Under the pieces are notes generated by a model. The model did not search any database. It was not told where the DNA came from and saw nothing but the letters and a program-made list of their open reading frames with translations. Shown here in pieces: positions 49,160 through 58,624 of a stretch of DNA of 64,000 bases (positions are counted from its first letter, which is position 1; the number at the start of each line of letters is the position of its first letter). This DNA comes from Thermoplasmata archaeon. GTDB lineage: Archaea; Thermoplasmatota; Thermoplasmata; Lutacidiplasmatales; UBA184. The stretch spans positions 120,932 to 184,931 of the forward strand of contig DAHUZP010000001.1 of assembly GCA_027306505.1 (NCBI GenBank), in the 5' to 3' direction. The translations under genes were made by a program, and so were the position numbers.

Positions 49160-49293
49160 GGGACCGGACCTAGGACCGGTGAAGGAGAACCGTGGACCTC
49201 ATGAGGTCCATCCCAGGACGACCCGGAGGAACGCGCGGGGGGGGTACGGTGCGGGCCTTGAGGGGGGGAGGGGGCTCCGGACCTCGGGCGCCC

Positions 49294-49791
49294 CTAGGGC
49301 CAACCGAGCAAGAGCGGCACCGCGAGGAAAAGCGTGCCCCGGGTGAGACCGGCGAAGAAGTTCGCGCTGAGGAACGGCAGCCACGCGATACGACGCTCGC
49401 CCTTGGGAGGATTGAGGAGGGCGAAGGCATAGATCGGCAAGGTGTCCGTCATGAACGGGATCGACAGGATGGCGTAGAGAGCATAGGCCCCATAGCGTCC
49501 GACCAGCCCTTGGAGCCTATCGAACCAGGGTGCGAGCCACGGTAGCCTCTCCACCCACCTCGTGGTCACCCGGCCCAGCCGGTCCCCCAGTGGATAGATC
49601 AGGGCCGCGCCGATGGTCTTTCCCACGGCGAGGATCAGGACGAGCAGGTACCACGGCAGGAACGGGTCGAGCAGCCCCACCTCCTCGGGGATCGGGAGGA
49701 AGACCGTCGCGGCGATGGTGTAGAGGAGCAGGACGGGGCCGTAGGTCCAGGGGTCCCCCAGGAACGAGTCCAGGAAGGAGGTGAGGTCCAT
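49294..49791 (-). CDS. Membrane protein, VTT/DedA (SNARE-associated)-like
   Basis: FLPIPEE, GKTIGA..IY.LG, LSIPFM.D. Confidence 0.7.
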   Translation of the reverse strand: MDLTSFLDSFLGDPWTYGPVLLLYTIAATVFLPIPEEVGLLDPFLPWYLLVLILAVGKTIGAALIYPLGDRLGRVTTRWVERLPWLAPWFDRLQGLVGRYGAYALYAILSIPFMTDTLPIYAFALLNPPKGERRIAWLPFLSANFFAGLTRGTLFLAVPLLLGWP

Positions 49792-49895
49792 CGCCACCGC
49801 TCCTCCCGACCATCTACCCGCGCCCCGTCGTGGATGTCCGAAGTGACGCGGAGCCCCTCCGAGTTCGATGGTCGCGCCGAACGATGGGCACGGTC

Positions 49896-50606
49896 TCACC
49901 CTCGAGGGCCACCGGCCGGAGGGGCTGCCCGCACCGGGACTGGGTAGGGCAAGGGGAGCTCACGTCGGCAGAAGCGGCCGAGCACCTCGACGAGCAGCTC
50001 ATGCTCCAAGGGCCGCTGACGGTCGGCGAGTTCCGAGGGGGTCTCCCCCGCACGGACCTCGATCTCCGTCTTGGCGAGGATGGGCCCCCGGTCCACCTCC
50101 TCGGTCACGACGTGCACCGTCGCCCCTGTCCGAGGGTCTCCAGAAGCCAGGACCGCGGCGTGCACCCTCGTCCCGTACATCCCGGGGCCAGAGTGGCGGG
50201 GAAGCAACGAGGGGTGGAGATTGATGATCCGACCGGGGAAGCGTTCGAAGAAGGGGGGACCCAGCACGCGGAGGAACCCCGCCAGCACGACGAGGTCCGT
50301 CCGCAGCTCCTCCAGTCGAGCGACGAGCCGCCGCTCCCATTCCCCCTCGGGCCCTTCCCGTGGCAGGAAGGTCTCACAAGGGATCCCAAGGCGCCGTGCG
50401 CGTTCGACCGCGGGCGCCTTGGAGCGGTCCGAAGCGGCGAGGACGATCGTCGCGCGGAGCTCGCCCCTCGAGACCGCTCGAGCGACGGCGTCCATGGTGG
50501 TCCCTTCTCCCGAGACCAGGATCGCGATCCGCAGGGGTGGAGGGGTGTCGGCGGTCAACGTCGGGGCTTCCTCCTCAGCTCCGTGATGGGGCCTTGAACG
50601 GCGCAC
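49896..50606 (-). CDS. purN: Phosphoribosylglycinamide formyltransferase
   Basis: ILVSGEGT, LAGFLR, INLHPSLLP, GATVHVV...DRGPI. Start uncertain. Confidence 0.93.
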   Translation of the reverse strand: MRRSRPHHGAEEEAPTLTADTPPPLRIAILVSGEGTTMDAVARAVSRGELRATIVLAASDRSKAPAVERARRLGIPCETFLPREGPEGEWERRLVARLEELRTDLVVLAGFLRVLGPPFFERFPGRIINLHPSLLPRHSGPGMYGTRVHAAVLASGDPRTGATVHVVTEEVDRGPILAKTEIEVRAGETPSELADRQRPLEHELLVEVLGRFCRRELPLPYPVPVRAAPPAGGPRG

Positions 50607-50677
50607 GCCCGAGCCGGGGTTCCCCGCAGGAGCGGAGCGGTCCCGGGGCGGGTAGAGGGGCGGTCATGGCAAGGCCT

Positions 50678-52189
50678 TCAGAAGCTCGTCCCGCTGGTGA
50701 AGGTGAACGATCGGGAGACGAGGGGCGAGAGGACGGGGGAGGTGAAGGCCCGTTCGTCGGCGAAGCAGCGCCGGTCCTCGCCCACCGCCTCCACGCCCGC
50801 AAGCGTCTCCAAGATGCTCTCGGTGAAACGTAGGTTCCGGATGGGGTGCTGGACCTCTCCGTTCTCCACCCAGTAGGTGCCGTCCCGCGTCATCCCGGTG
50901 ATGATCGTCCTGCCGGGGTGCACGGCCCGGACGTACCAGAACCGGGTCACGACGATCCCCTGCTTGAGCTCCTTGAGGAGCTCGGTCCGGTCGTGGTCCC
51001 CCGGGGCCATCGTGAGGTGGAGCGGGAGGGGCCCCATCTCCCCGAAGTGCGCCTCAGGAGGAAGGGCATTGCTCGTCGAGGGCACCTTCGCCCGGGAGGC
51101 GGTCAGGTGGTCGTGCGCCGCCCCTTGGGCCACTCCCTCGTGGAAGATGGGACGGGCTCGGTGCGGCATGCCCTCGAAATCGATCGAGGAGGGGACCCCC
51201 ACGGAACAGAAGGGGTCGTCGGTGAGCTCGAAGCTCGGCGCGACCAGGGACCTTCCACGGCCTTCCACGAGGAAGCTCCAACCTTCCTCCACCGCGTGGG
51301 CCCCGAGGCCGAGCCAGGCGAGGTGACCCATGAGCTCGGAGACCGCGGGTCCCATGAGCAGCACCCGGTACTTGCCCGGCTCCACCGCTCGCGGGGCGAC
51401 CCTGGGGGTCGCCGCGACGGCCTCCCGGGCCAAGGCGACGAGGTCGACCTTCGCGGGGTCCCAGTGGGCCCCCTCGGACCATCCCGAGACGGGAGGGTCA
51501 CGATCGGGCAGCTCCGTGAGGAGCGAGGCCTGGGCGGCGCTCCGGAGGAACCCGCGGCGGAGGCCGCGAGAGTTCGCGACCGCGAGCAGGCTCGCCCCCT
51601 GGTTGAACACCCCGGAGATCCGGGCCGGGCCGAGCGACTCCTCCACGACCGAGAAGGCGCCCGCAAGACGGTCGCCGAGCCGCTCCAGGTCCTCGTCCAG
51701 CACGCGACGGGAGAACGGCACCGAGGGAGTGGGGCCCTTCACGTCCTCCGCGAACCCGGGGAAGCCTTCGACAGGCGGCGCGACCGACGCCAGGGCCTTC
51801 GCCCCCTCGGCGAGTCGGCGCAGTCCCTCGGGCGTTAGGTCCGTGGTCGTCGCGACGCCCAGCCGACCGCCGCTCAGCGCGACACGGAGAGAGACCGCCT
51901 TGGTCAGCTCCGCATGGGGCTGGTAGAGACGGGAGTCCGCGCACCGCAGCGTGATCCACCGGTCGTCGTAGTACCGGGCGTCCGCGTCCCCCCCGACGAG
52001 GTCCAAGACCCGGTCCAGCACCTCGAGGCCAGCCTTCAGGTCGGGTTGGGAGGGGTCCTCGCGAGGGGAGGGGCGTGCTCCGCGCGGGGCGGGCCTGGAA
52101 CGGGCGGGAGCGGGGCGACGCGAAGAGCGCCGGGCCCGGTCGAGCGCCGGCTTCTTGGGGGCCGCGCGCCGACGGGCGACAGGGCTCAT
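50678..52189 (-). CDS. pmbA: TldE/PmbA family protein
   Basis: PGKYRV, DDP, DFEG, TRFWY, TGMTRDG, NLRFTES; no HExxxH; ATG overlaps the tldD stop. Confidence 0.85.
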   Translation of the reverse strand: MSPVARRRAAPKKPALDRARRSSRRPAPARSRPAPRGARPSPREDPSQPDLKAGLEVLDRVLDLVGGDADARYYDDRWITLRCADSRLYQPHAELTKAVSLRVALSGGRLGVATTTDLTPEGLRRLAEGAKALASVAPPVEGFPGFAEDVKGPTPSVPFSRRVLDEDLERLGDRLAGAFSVVEESLGPARISGVFNQGASLLAVANSRGLRRGFLRSAAQASLLTELPDRDPPVSGWSEGAHWDPAKVDLVALAREAVAATPRVAPRAVEPGKYRVLLMGPAVSELMGHLAWLGLGAHAVEEGWSFLVEGRGRSLVAPSFELTDDPFCSVGVPSSIDFEGMPHRARPIFHEGVAQGAAHDHLTASRAKVPSTSNALPPEAHFGEMGPLPLHLTMAPGDHDRTELLKELKQGIVVTRFWYVRAVHPGRTIITGMTRDGTYWVENGEVQHPIRNLRFTESILETLAGVEAVGEDRRCFADERAFTSPVLSPLVSRSFTFTSGTSF

Positions 52190-53643
52190 GCGGCACCTCC
52201 GATACGGGTCTTCCGGAACAGCCCCAGCGGCGCCCCGTGTCCCACGTGGCCGATCTGGCTGGGCTGACCCTTCCCGCAGTTGGGCAGGCCCCACAGGTGC
52301 CAGGTGGAGCGGTCGGAGGTCGCCTCCAGGGTGTTCCAGAAGATCGGGGTCATCCCGGAGTAGAGGGGGTTGCGGACGAGCTCCCCCAGCTCACCGCGAA
52401 CGATGCGCCGGCCGAGCTCGCATCCGAACTGGAAGTTGAGCCGCTTGTCGTCGATCGACCAGGAACGGTTCGTCTCCATGTACACCCCGTCCTGGACCCC
52501 GCGCAGGAGCTCCTCCCTGGAGCGGTCACCGGCGGTGAGATTGATGTTGGTCATGCGGATGAGCGGCGTCCTCGCCCATCCATCCGCGCGGGCCGTGCCA
52601 CCGGACCGGGGGAGGCCCTGTCGGGCCGCCGTCTCCCGAGAGGAAAGGAAGCCCGCAAGGACCCCCTTCGAGACCAGCGGGTAGCTGCGACCAGGCACGC
52701 CCTCGTCGTCCCAAGGGAAGGTCCCGAGCCCTCCAGGGGAGGTCGCGTCCGCCTCGATGGTCATCGCGGACGACCCGTAGCGGAGCTGCCCCACCTCGGA
52801 CGCCCGGACGAAGCTCGTCCCGGCGTACCCCGCCTCGAAGGCCATCACGCGGTCGAGCTCCGTCGCGTGGCCCACCGATTCATGGACCTGGAGAGCCAGC
52901 TGGTCGCTCGCGAGCACGAGGTCCATCTCCCCTCGGGGACAGGAGGGGGCCGTGAGCAGGGCGTTCGCGGTCCGACCGCATTCCACCGCGTGACCGGGAA
53001 GGTCCATCTCCCGCAGGAACTCGAAGCCCGCCTGGGCGAAGTCCCCTCCGAAGCTCGTGGGGTACGACCGCCTCTGGACCTCGCCTTCCCCCACGGCGGT
53101 CGCCTCGATCCCCCCGCCCACGTGCGTGAGGCGGGTACGGTAGCTCGCCCCCTCGATGGACCGGTACCACTTCTCCTCCTGCCAGAGGGTGAACGAGGCC
53201 TTCCCCGACCGCACCGACGGATGGGTGTGGAGCGCGGCCTCGGACTCCTTGAGCAGACGGACCTTCTCCTCCGTGCTCACGGCGAAAGGGTCCTCGCGCA
53301 TCGGCGTCTCGAAGTGACGGCCCTTGGGGAGCTCCGTCTCCTCCGCGAACGGGACGCTCTTGCGCGTGGTGCGCTCGGCGGCCCTGGCGAGGCGCTCCGC
53401 CCGCTTCGCCGTGAGCCGGACGGACGCGAGGGAGGCCTCACTGGTCGCGGCGAAGCCCCAGCCTCGCTCCCGGAGCACGCGGACGCCGATCCCGGCCTCG
53501 AAGGAGTCCGTGAGCGCTTCCGCGGAGCCGTTCTTGACCGCGAAGCGCTGGTAGCGACGGGGGCCCACGTACCGGACGTCGGCAAAGCGGACCCCGGGTC
53601 GTTCAGCAGCCTCCAGCGCGGCCTCGAGAAGATCCTCGACCAT
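52186..53643 (-). CDS. tldD: TldD metalloprotease
   Basis: HESVGH, DDEG, RMTN, SWSIDD, CGKGQP. Confidence 0.92.
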   Translation of the reverse strand: MVEDLLEAALEAAERPGVRFADVRYVGPRRYQRFAVKNGSAEALTDSFEAGIGVRVLRERGWGFAATSEASLASVRLTAKRAERLARAAERTTRKSVPFAEETELPKGRHFETPMREDPFAVSTEEKVRLLKESEAALHTHPSVRSGKASFTLWQEEKWYRSIEGASYRTRLTHVGGGIEATAVGEGEVQRRSYPTSFGGDFAQAGFEFLREMDLPGHAVECGRTANALLTAPSCPRGEMDLVLASDQLALQVHESVGHATELDRVMAFEAGYAGTSFVRASEVGQLRYGSSAMTIEADATSPGGLGTFPWDDEGVPGRSYPLVSKGVLAGFLSSRETAARQGLPRSGGTARADGWARTPLIRMTNINLTAGDRSREELLRGVQDGVYMETNRSWSIDDKRLNFQFGCELGRRIVRGELGELVRNPLYSGMTPIFWNTLEATSDRSTWHLWGLPNCGKGQPSQIGHVGHGAPLGLFRKTRIGGAA

Positions 53644-53682
53644 GTCCTCGTCCGAACCTCGCCCGAACGATCGGGAGGAGGG

Positions 53683-54651
53683 TCAGAGAGCGACCTTGAG
53701 GTTGAGCTTTTCGGTGAGCTCCTTGTAGCGGTTGCGGATTGTGACCTCGGTCACGCCCGCCACCTCTGCGACCTCGCGCTGCGTGCGGCGCTCCCCGCAC
53801 TGCAGCGACGCGATGTAGATCGCGGCCGCCGCGACGCCGGTGGGCCCGCGCCCGCTCGTGAGCTCGCGCTCCGTCGCGTCCTTGAGGATCTCGTTAGAGC
53901 GGGTCTGGACCTCGCCCTTGAGCTTGAGCTCGGAGCAGAAGCGCTGCACATAGTCCTGGGGGCGCGTGGGGAGCAATCGGAGCCGGAGCTCCCGGGTCAT
54001 GAACCGGTAGGTGCGACCGATCTCCTTGCGGCCGATGTGGCTCTTCGCCGCGATCTCGTCCAGCGTCCGGGGAACGTTGCACTGGCGGCAGCTCCCGTAG
54101 AGCGAGGCTGCGACGACCCCTTCGATGGAGCGCCCGCGGATCAAGTTGCGGTTCACGGCCTTGCGGTAGATCATCGCGGCCGTCTCCCGAACGTTGCGGG
54201 GGAGGGCCATGGCGCTCGCGATCCGGTCGAGCTCCGCCAAGGCGAAGGCGAGGTTCCGCTCGGTCGCGTTCGAGACCCGGATGCGCCGCTGCCACTTCCG
54301 CAGCCGGTAGAGCTGGGCCCGGTTGCGCGTGGGGATGCTCTTGCCGTAAGGGTCCTTGTTCTTCCAGCCGATCTCGGTGGAAAGACCCTTGTCGTGGATG
54401 GTGAGCGTGCTGGGAGCTCCGGCCCGGGCGCGCTTCTCGCCCTGCTCCGCGTCGAAGGCCCGCCAATCCGGACCCTGGTCGATCATGCTCTCTTCGAGCA
54501 CCAGGCCGCACTCGTCACAGACGAGCTCGCCCCGGTCGTAGTCCTTGGTGAGGTGGTTCGACCCGCAGCTCGAGCAGCGGACCGGCGCGCTGGTCTCTCC
54601 CTCGGGAGCGGCACCCGCCGCCCCGGGGGAGGGACGTCCATCAGTGCTCAC
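53683..54651 (-). CDS. tfb: Transcription initiation factor IIB
   Basis: CxxC/CxxC zinc ribbon, WRAF, HDKGLST, two cyclin repeats, [11 protein letters not shown]. Confidence 0.97.
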   Translation of the reverse strand: MSTDGRPSPGAAGAAPEGETSAPVRCSSCGSNHLTKDYDRGELVCDECGLVLEESMIDQGPDWRAFDAEQGEKRARAGAPSTLTIHDKGLSTEIGWKNKDPYGKSIPTRNRAQLYRLRKWQRRIRVSNATERNLAFALAELDRIASAMALPRNVRETAAMIYRKAVNRNLIRGRSIEGVVAASLYGSCRQCNVPRTLDEIAAKSHIGRKEIGRTYRFMTRELRLRLLPTRPQDYVQRFCSELKLKGEVQTRSNEILKDATERELTSGRGPTGVAAAAIYIASLQCGERRTQREVAEVAGVTEVTIRNRYKELTEKLNLKVAL

Positions 54652-54937
54652 GGCGCCGCACCTCCATCAAGAGCTCCGTGCCCACAAGGGCCAAGGCCTC
54701 CTCCGCTGGGAGGGAGCGCCGGGGGGCGATCGAGAGGTAAGGGTGGGCGACCGGTCCGAAGACCCGGACGACCCGGCCCCGGAAGCGTCCGGAGGGGTCC
54801 GTCACGATGGTGCCCTCATCGACGACACGCTCCGCCCGGACCGTGAACGTCCCCCGTGCGGAAATGGAGCAGACCCGGCCGACCTCACGCCGCTCCGAGG
54901 CGGTGAGCGGTCCCGCGGGTCGATGAGGGCTGGACAA
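54641..54937 (-). CDS. gar1: H/ACA RNP component Gar1/Naf1
   Basis: [14 protein letters not shown]; canonical position upstream of tfb. Confidence 0.85.
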   Translation of the reverse strand: MSSPHRPAGPLTASERREVGRVCSISARGTFTVRAERVVDEGTIVTDPSGRFRGRVVRVFGPVAHPYLSIAPRRSLPAEEALALVGTELLMEVRRREH

Positions 54938-54963
54938 GGGGTATTAGCGACTTACGATACAGG

Positions 54964-54969
54964 TATAAA
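54964..54969 (-). promoter_or_regulatory. TATA box of gar1-tfb
   Basis: TTTATA on the minus strand, about 27 nt upstream of the TTG start at 54937. Confidence 0.6.
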
Positions 54970-55113
54970 GCTTGTTGGCGCCGGCGCGCCCTCTGGCCCT
55001 CTGGCCCTCAGACATCCCATGACCGTCATCGAGCCGGAGGCCCCGGTCCCACGTTTCTCGCTGGAGGATTGACCGAAACCTACTTACTACCATACCCACC
55101 ACTATGGGTGAGT

Positions 55114-55578
55114 ATGTCCTTCATCAGGACCGTCATCAAGGGGGGGCGCAAGTACCGCCAGCGGGTCGAGTCGTACTGGGACCGGAAGGCCAAACGGTGC
55201 CGGACCCGTGTCCTCGAGCATCTGGGACCGGTGGACCCGGTCTATCCTCGGGCCCGGACCACCCTGCTCCAGACCCTCCCTCTGGAGACGCCCCACTTCG
55301 GTCTCCTCGCCACCCGCATCATGAGCGGAACCCTCACCCTCGCCCACATCGTCCAGGCGGTCCACGACATGGGGGAAGAGATGCCCCTGGGCGATCTCGA
55401 GGCCGTGGGCATCCGCTTCGAGCTCGACGCCAAGAAAAGGCCTCGCCTCGCGCTCCTCCTCTGGCCCGCGCCTCCCTCGCCCTCCCCCCGCCCTGCCCGG
55501 TCTGCCAGACACCCCGGGAGGTCCAGCGCCAGCGCGAGCCCACCTCCCTCCTCCCCCTGGACGGGCCCGCCGCCGTAG
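55114..55578 (+). CDS. IS ORF A (N-terminus resembling IS1634-type transposase N-termini)
   Basis: MSFIRTVIKGGRKYRQRVESYWDRKAKRCRTRVLEHLG; lies inside the TIRs. Confidence 0.7.
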   Translation: MSFIRTVIKGGRKYRQRVESYWDRKAKRCRTRVLEHLGPVDPVYPRARTTLLQTLPLETPHFGLLATRIMSGTLTLAHIVQAVHDMGEEMPLGDLEAVGIRFELDAKKRPRLALLLWPAPPSPSPRPARSARHPGRSSASASPPPSSPWTGPPP

Positions 55579-56228
55579 CGCTCCCCGTCTGGGGGTGCCC
55601 GAACGACCACCCCCATGACAGTTGGGTCCTCTGGACCTCCTCCCTCCGCGAGACCCTCGCCCGCACCTACCCCGTCCTCGGCATGGACGGGATGATCGCG
55701 GTGGGGCTCGCGCGCTTCGGCCTCGACCTCGACCTCCCGGAGAGGAGGGTCCAGGCTCTCTTCGAGGACGGGTGTACCCTTCCCCTCGCCCAGAGCACGG
55801 TCTCCCGCCTCTCCGTCGAGTTCCTGGTGCGCTGGCGGATGCTCTGCGAGGCACGGCTGCCGAAGGTGGTCCGAGCGCTCGGGGGGCTGGTGGCCCAGTT
55901 CGACGGAACGGGGGAGCCTTCGGGAGGGAAGCGCGTCACCTACCGTGCCCGGGAGGGCCGCCACGGGTTCACCCTGTGGTCCGACCCCCTGGTGTCCGAG
56001 AGCGAGGACGAGGTCGCCCGTCAGGACCCTGAGGAGGTGGCTCGGCGGATCGAGGCGCTGCCCAAGGAGGGGAGGCGGCCGAGCGTGGAGCTGAAGAAAG
56101 GGCGGGAGGAGGAACAGCTCGAGGGATTCCTACGGGCGTTGAGGGGTCCTGGACCGTTCGACTCCGAGGTCATGGCCTGGGCGATCTCGGTCGGGTGCGA
56201 GCCCCAGGGCGAGGTCACCCCTCAATGA
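55431..56228 (+). pseudogene. Truncated DDE transposase ORF B (-1 frame relative to ORF A)
   Basis: CPVC...CPNDH zinc motif, HTH-like LAQSTVSRL, first catalytic Asp strand AQFDGT; the rest of the RNase H fold is missing; stop codon lies in the right TIR. Confidence 0.7.
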
Positions 56229-56314
56229 CGGTTATTGGATACGAGAGCTCTGGCCCCCCTCTGGAACCTCCCCTCGCTCGCGACGTAAAACGCATCCCCC
56301 GATCAGGCCGGAAC

Positions 56315-58009
56315 TCACCCCTCCGGCAGCTCCTCGCGGATCTCCGCGAGCTTCGCCTCCGCCTCTGCAGCCTTCCCTGCCTTGACCAGGACCGTGAGCT
56401 CCTTGAGCAACGAGCCGGCCTTGCCGATCCGCTGCTTCTTCTTCTGGCGGTCGCGGACCTGAACCCCCAGTTCCCGGGCCTCCGCGATGATCTGGGCGAG
56501 GGAGCGGGGCGGAGCGGGCGCGTGCTCCTCGCCCGTCTCGGGGGCCGAGGGCTCGATGTGAGCCTCGGAAGTGACCCCGGAAGCAGGGGTGGAGGTGGGT
56601 TCGGCCGAAGATGCGCTCCCAGAACGGGACGGGGAGGGTTCCGAAGCCGAGGGGGCCTCCTGCGCACGGTCGGAGGTCGTCGAGCCGGCCGTCGGTACCG
56701 CCTCGTCCCCCTCCGAACGGCCCATGCCGGGGCCTGTGGGAAGCTCACCGGAAGACGGGGGGGACGCAGCGTCGCCCGCGTTCGCAAAAGCGGAAGCAGG
56801 GGCCTCCGCCGAGGTGGCGGAGGACACGCCCTCGGAACTTGCGGGCACGGAGGGGGCCGGCTCGGTCGTGCCCGCCTCGCCTGCTTCGGATGGGGCTGCG
56901 CCGGGGTCCGAGGAGGGACGCGCGGGGGAGAGGAAGCTCCCACGGAAGTCGATCATCTCCTCGCTCGCCTCCTTGAGCCGTCCCGCCCGGGCGTGCCCAA
57001 GGATCGCCTTGAGGTGCGTCTCCGCCTTCTCCCGCTCGCCGGGGGGAGGGGGATGGGCCCTCAGGCTACGGATCGCCTGCTGGCCCAGGAGAGCGATCTG
57101 GTTGCGGACCTGCTCGTGAAGGAGCACCAAGGCCGCCGAGGCCTGCGTCCCGGCCTCCTGCAGGGTCGCGGCGGAAAGGCTCGGCTCCGCGAGCGTCTCG
57201 CGGACCTGTCCCAGACGCTCGTCGGCCTTGGACATGTCCATACCGAGCTTCATCCCGGTCTCACGCAGGCCGTCCACCTTGTGGAGGGTGTCCTTCACCT
57301 GCTTCCACGCGCCCTCGAGCTCTGCGAGGGCACGTTGGGCCCGGGTCAGCACCTCTACGGCCTCGATACGGGCCCCCTCGGCGAAAGCGGTGCGCGAGCG
57401 CGAGACGTCCCGCGCCACGTCGGCCGCGATCCCGTCCTCCCGCAGGCGACCTTCCTGCTCCTCGAGCTGGGTCGCGAGGGATTCGAAACGCGAGCCGAGC
57501 TGCGGTTCGAGCTGGTCGTAAGCGTCCCTGAGGACCTTGAGGCTCTCGTCCATCGCCCCCCTGGCGGCGGCCATCGCCGCCGCGGTGAGGGCGGAGGCGA
57601 CATCGCCCGTGTCCAACCCCATCAGCTGGGCCACCTTGAGCGAGGCTTGGAGCGCCACCGCGGTCTGCTCCATGTTGAGCCCGGAAGCCGAGGAGGGCGG
57701 GACCTCCGGCCCCGGTTCGAGGATCGGGAGCACCACCGGCGTCGGCTCGATCCCCCCAGGTGTCGACGTATCCGAACGGGGGAGAGCTCCTCCACCCTCC
57801 GAGACGGGGGTGGGCTGCGCTACCTCCTCCTGGACGGCCTTTCTGGCCTCAGGTAGGAGGGCGGTCGGGAACCCGCATGACGGGCAGCGGGAGGTCTCCG
57901 AACCCAGCGCGCCGTCACAAATGGGGCAGGTCTCCCCTCCGACCTTCCCCTCGGTGCTCGTGCTCACCACCACGCTCGGTCCCCCTACCCCGCCTCCACT
58001 AGAACGCAA
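56315..58009 (-). CDS. Zinc-ribbon protein with helical-bundle repeats and acidic linker
   Basis: CPIC-x9-CPSC; repeated GxDxxxAxxxLxxAxxA helices; coding-like composition. Start uncertain. Confidence 0.75.
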   Translation of the reverse strand: MRSSGGGVGGPSVVVSTSTEGKVGGETCPICDGALGSETSRCPSCGFPTALLPEARKAVQEEVAQPTPVSEGGGALPRSDTSTPGGIEPTPVVLPILEPGPEVPPSSASGLNMEQTAVALQASLKVAQLMGLDTGDVASALTAAAMAAARGAMDESLKVLRDAYDQLEPQLGSRFESLATQLEEQEGRLREDGIAADVARDVSRSRTAFAEGARIEAVEVLTRAQRALAELEGAWKQVKDTLHKVDGLRETGMKLGMDMSKADERLGQVRETLAEPSLSAATLQEAGTQASAALVLLHEQVRNQIALLGQQAIRSLRAHPPPPGEREKAETHLKAILGHARAGRLKEASEEMIDFRGSFLSPARPSSDPGAAPSEAGEAGTTEPAPSVPASSEGVSSATSAEAPASAFANAGDAASPPSSGELPTGPGMGRSEGDEAVPTAGSTTSDRAQEAPSASEPSPSRSGSASSAEPTSTPASGVTSEAHIEPSAPETGEEHAPAPPRSLAQIIAEARELGVQVRDRQKKKQRIGKAGSLLKELTVLVKAGKAAEAEAKLAEIREELPEG

Positions 58010-58094
58010 GGACTACTTGGGTGGTGCGCCACCCGTCTTCGACCCGAGAAAGGGCTCCCCTCCTGAGGATTCCGTTGTCTCGCTCCCATCGACC

Positions 58095-58322
58095 TCAACC
58101 TCCCGAGAAGCTCCGGACGATCTCGAGGTCCCCGGGTCCAGGCACCGGCAGGTCGCTCGGAACGGGCTCACCGTTCCAGAAGAGGACGGTCCCTTCGGGG
58201 GGAAGGCCTAGGGTCTGAAGCAGGGCCTTCAGGGGGCTCCCAGGGGAGACGGAGACCGACGTGGGCTCCCGGCCTTCGAACCCCGAAGCGAAGATCAATC
58301 GGACCTCCACGGTGGGGGCCAC
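58095..58322 (-). CDS. MoaD/ThiS/SAMP ubiquitin-like sulfur carrier
   Basis: 75 aa from GTG 58322; beta-grasp pattern NG..VP.D...D.EIV; C-terminal SGG. Confidence 0.85.
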   Translation of the reverse strand: MAPTVEVRLIFASGFEGREPTSVSVSPGSPLKALLQTLGLPPEGTVLFWNGEPVPSDLPVPGPGDLEIVRSFSGG

Positions 58323-58513
58323 CGTGGCGGGGGCCGGTGTGGGGCCCCCCTTGTAGGAGCCCTGCGATGCTGAGCGAGCGGGCGGAGCTCGAGGTCCCGG
58401 TGGAGGGGAGGTCTCCTTGCCGCGCGTTCGGGGCGTCACTTCCTTCCTCGGTGCTCCGGTTCGAACGTAGGTGCGGGATGGGGTGGGGGTCCTCGGTCTT
58501 GGAGAGGCGGGAG

Positions 58514-58597
58514 CGCTGAGGGGGAGATTTGAACTCCCGAGGGGTTGACCCACCGGTTTTCGAGACCGGCGCCTTGACCGGGCTAGGCTACCTCAGC
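58514..58597 (-). tRNA. tRNA-Ser(CGA)
   Basis: Acceptor stem GCTGAGG/CCTCAGC; anticodon arm CCGGT-CT-CGA-AA-ACCGG; long variable arm; T arm GGGAG-TTCAAAT-CTCCC; G discriminator. Confidence 0.95.
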
Positions 58598-58624
58598 ACC
58601 TCGAGGGCGCGAGACGGGAGGGTT

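Larger units (their letters stand above)
55007..56247 (+). mobile_element. Internally deleted insertion sequence (1241 bp) with 27-bp imperfect TIRs and 8-bp TSD
   Basis: Left end CTCAGACATCCCATGACCGTCATCGAG (55007-55033) vs reverse complement of right end CTCTCGTATCCAATAACCGTCATTGAG (56221-56247): 20/27 identical. Flanked by CTCTGGCC at 54999-55006 and 56248-56255. Confidence 0.85.

Noticed and set aside
50678-53643. TldD/TldE as part of a RiPP biosynthetic cluster
   Set aside because: No precursor peptide, YcaO or other modifying enzyme nearby. The genes sit in a housekeeping string behind tfb.
7241-58597. Integrated element bounded by the two tRNAs
   Set aside because: No integrase, no duplicated tRNA 3' end noticed, and the interval is full of housekeeping genes.
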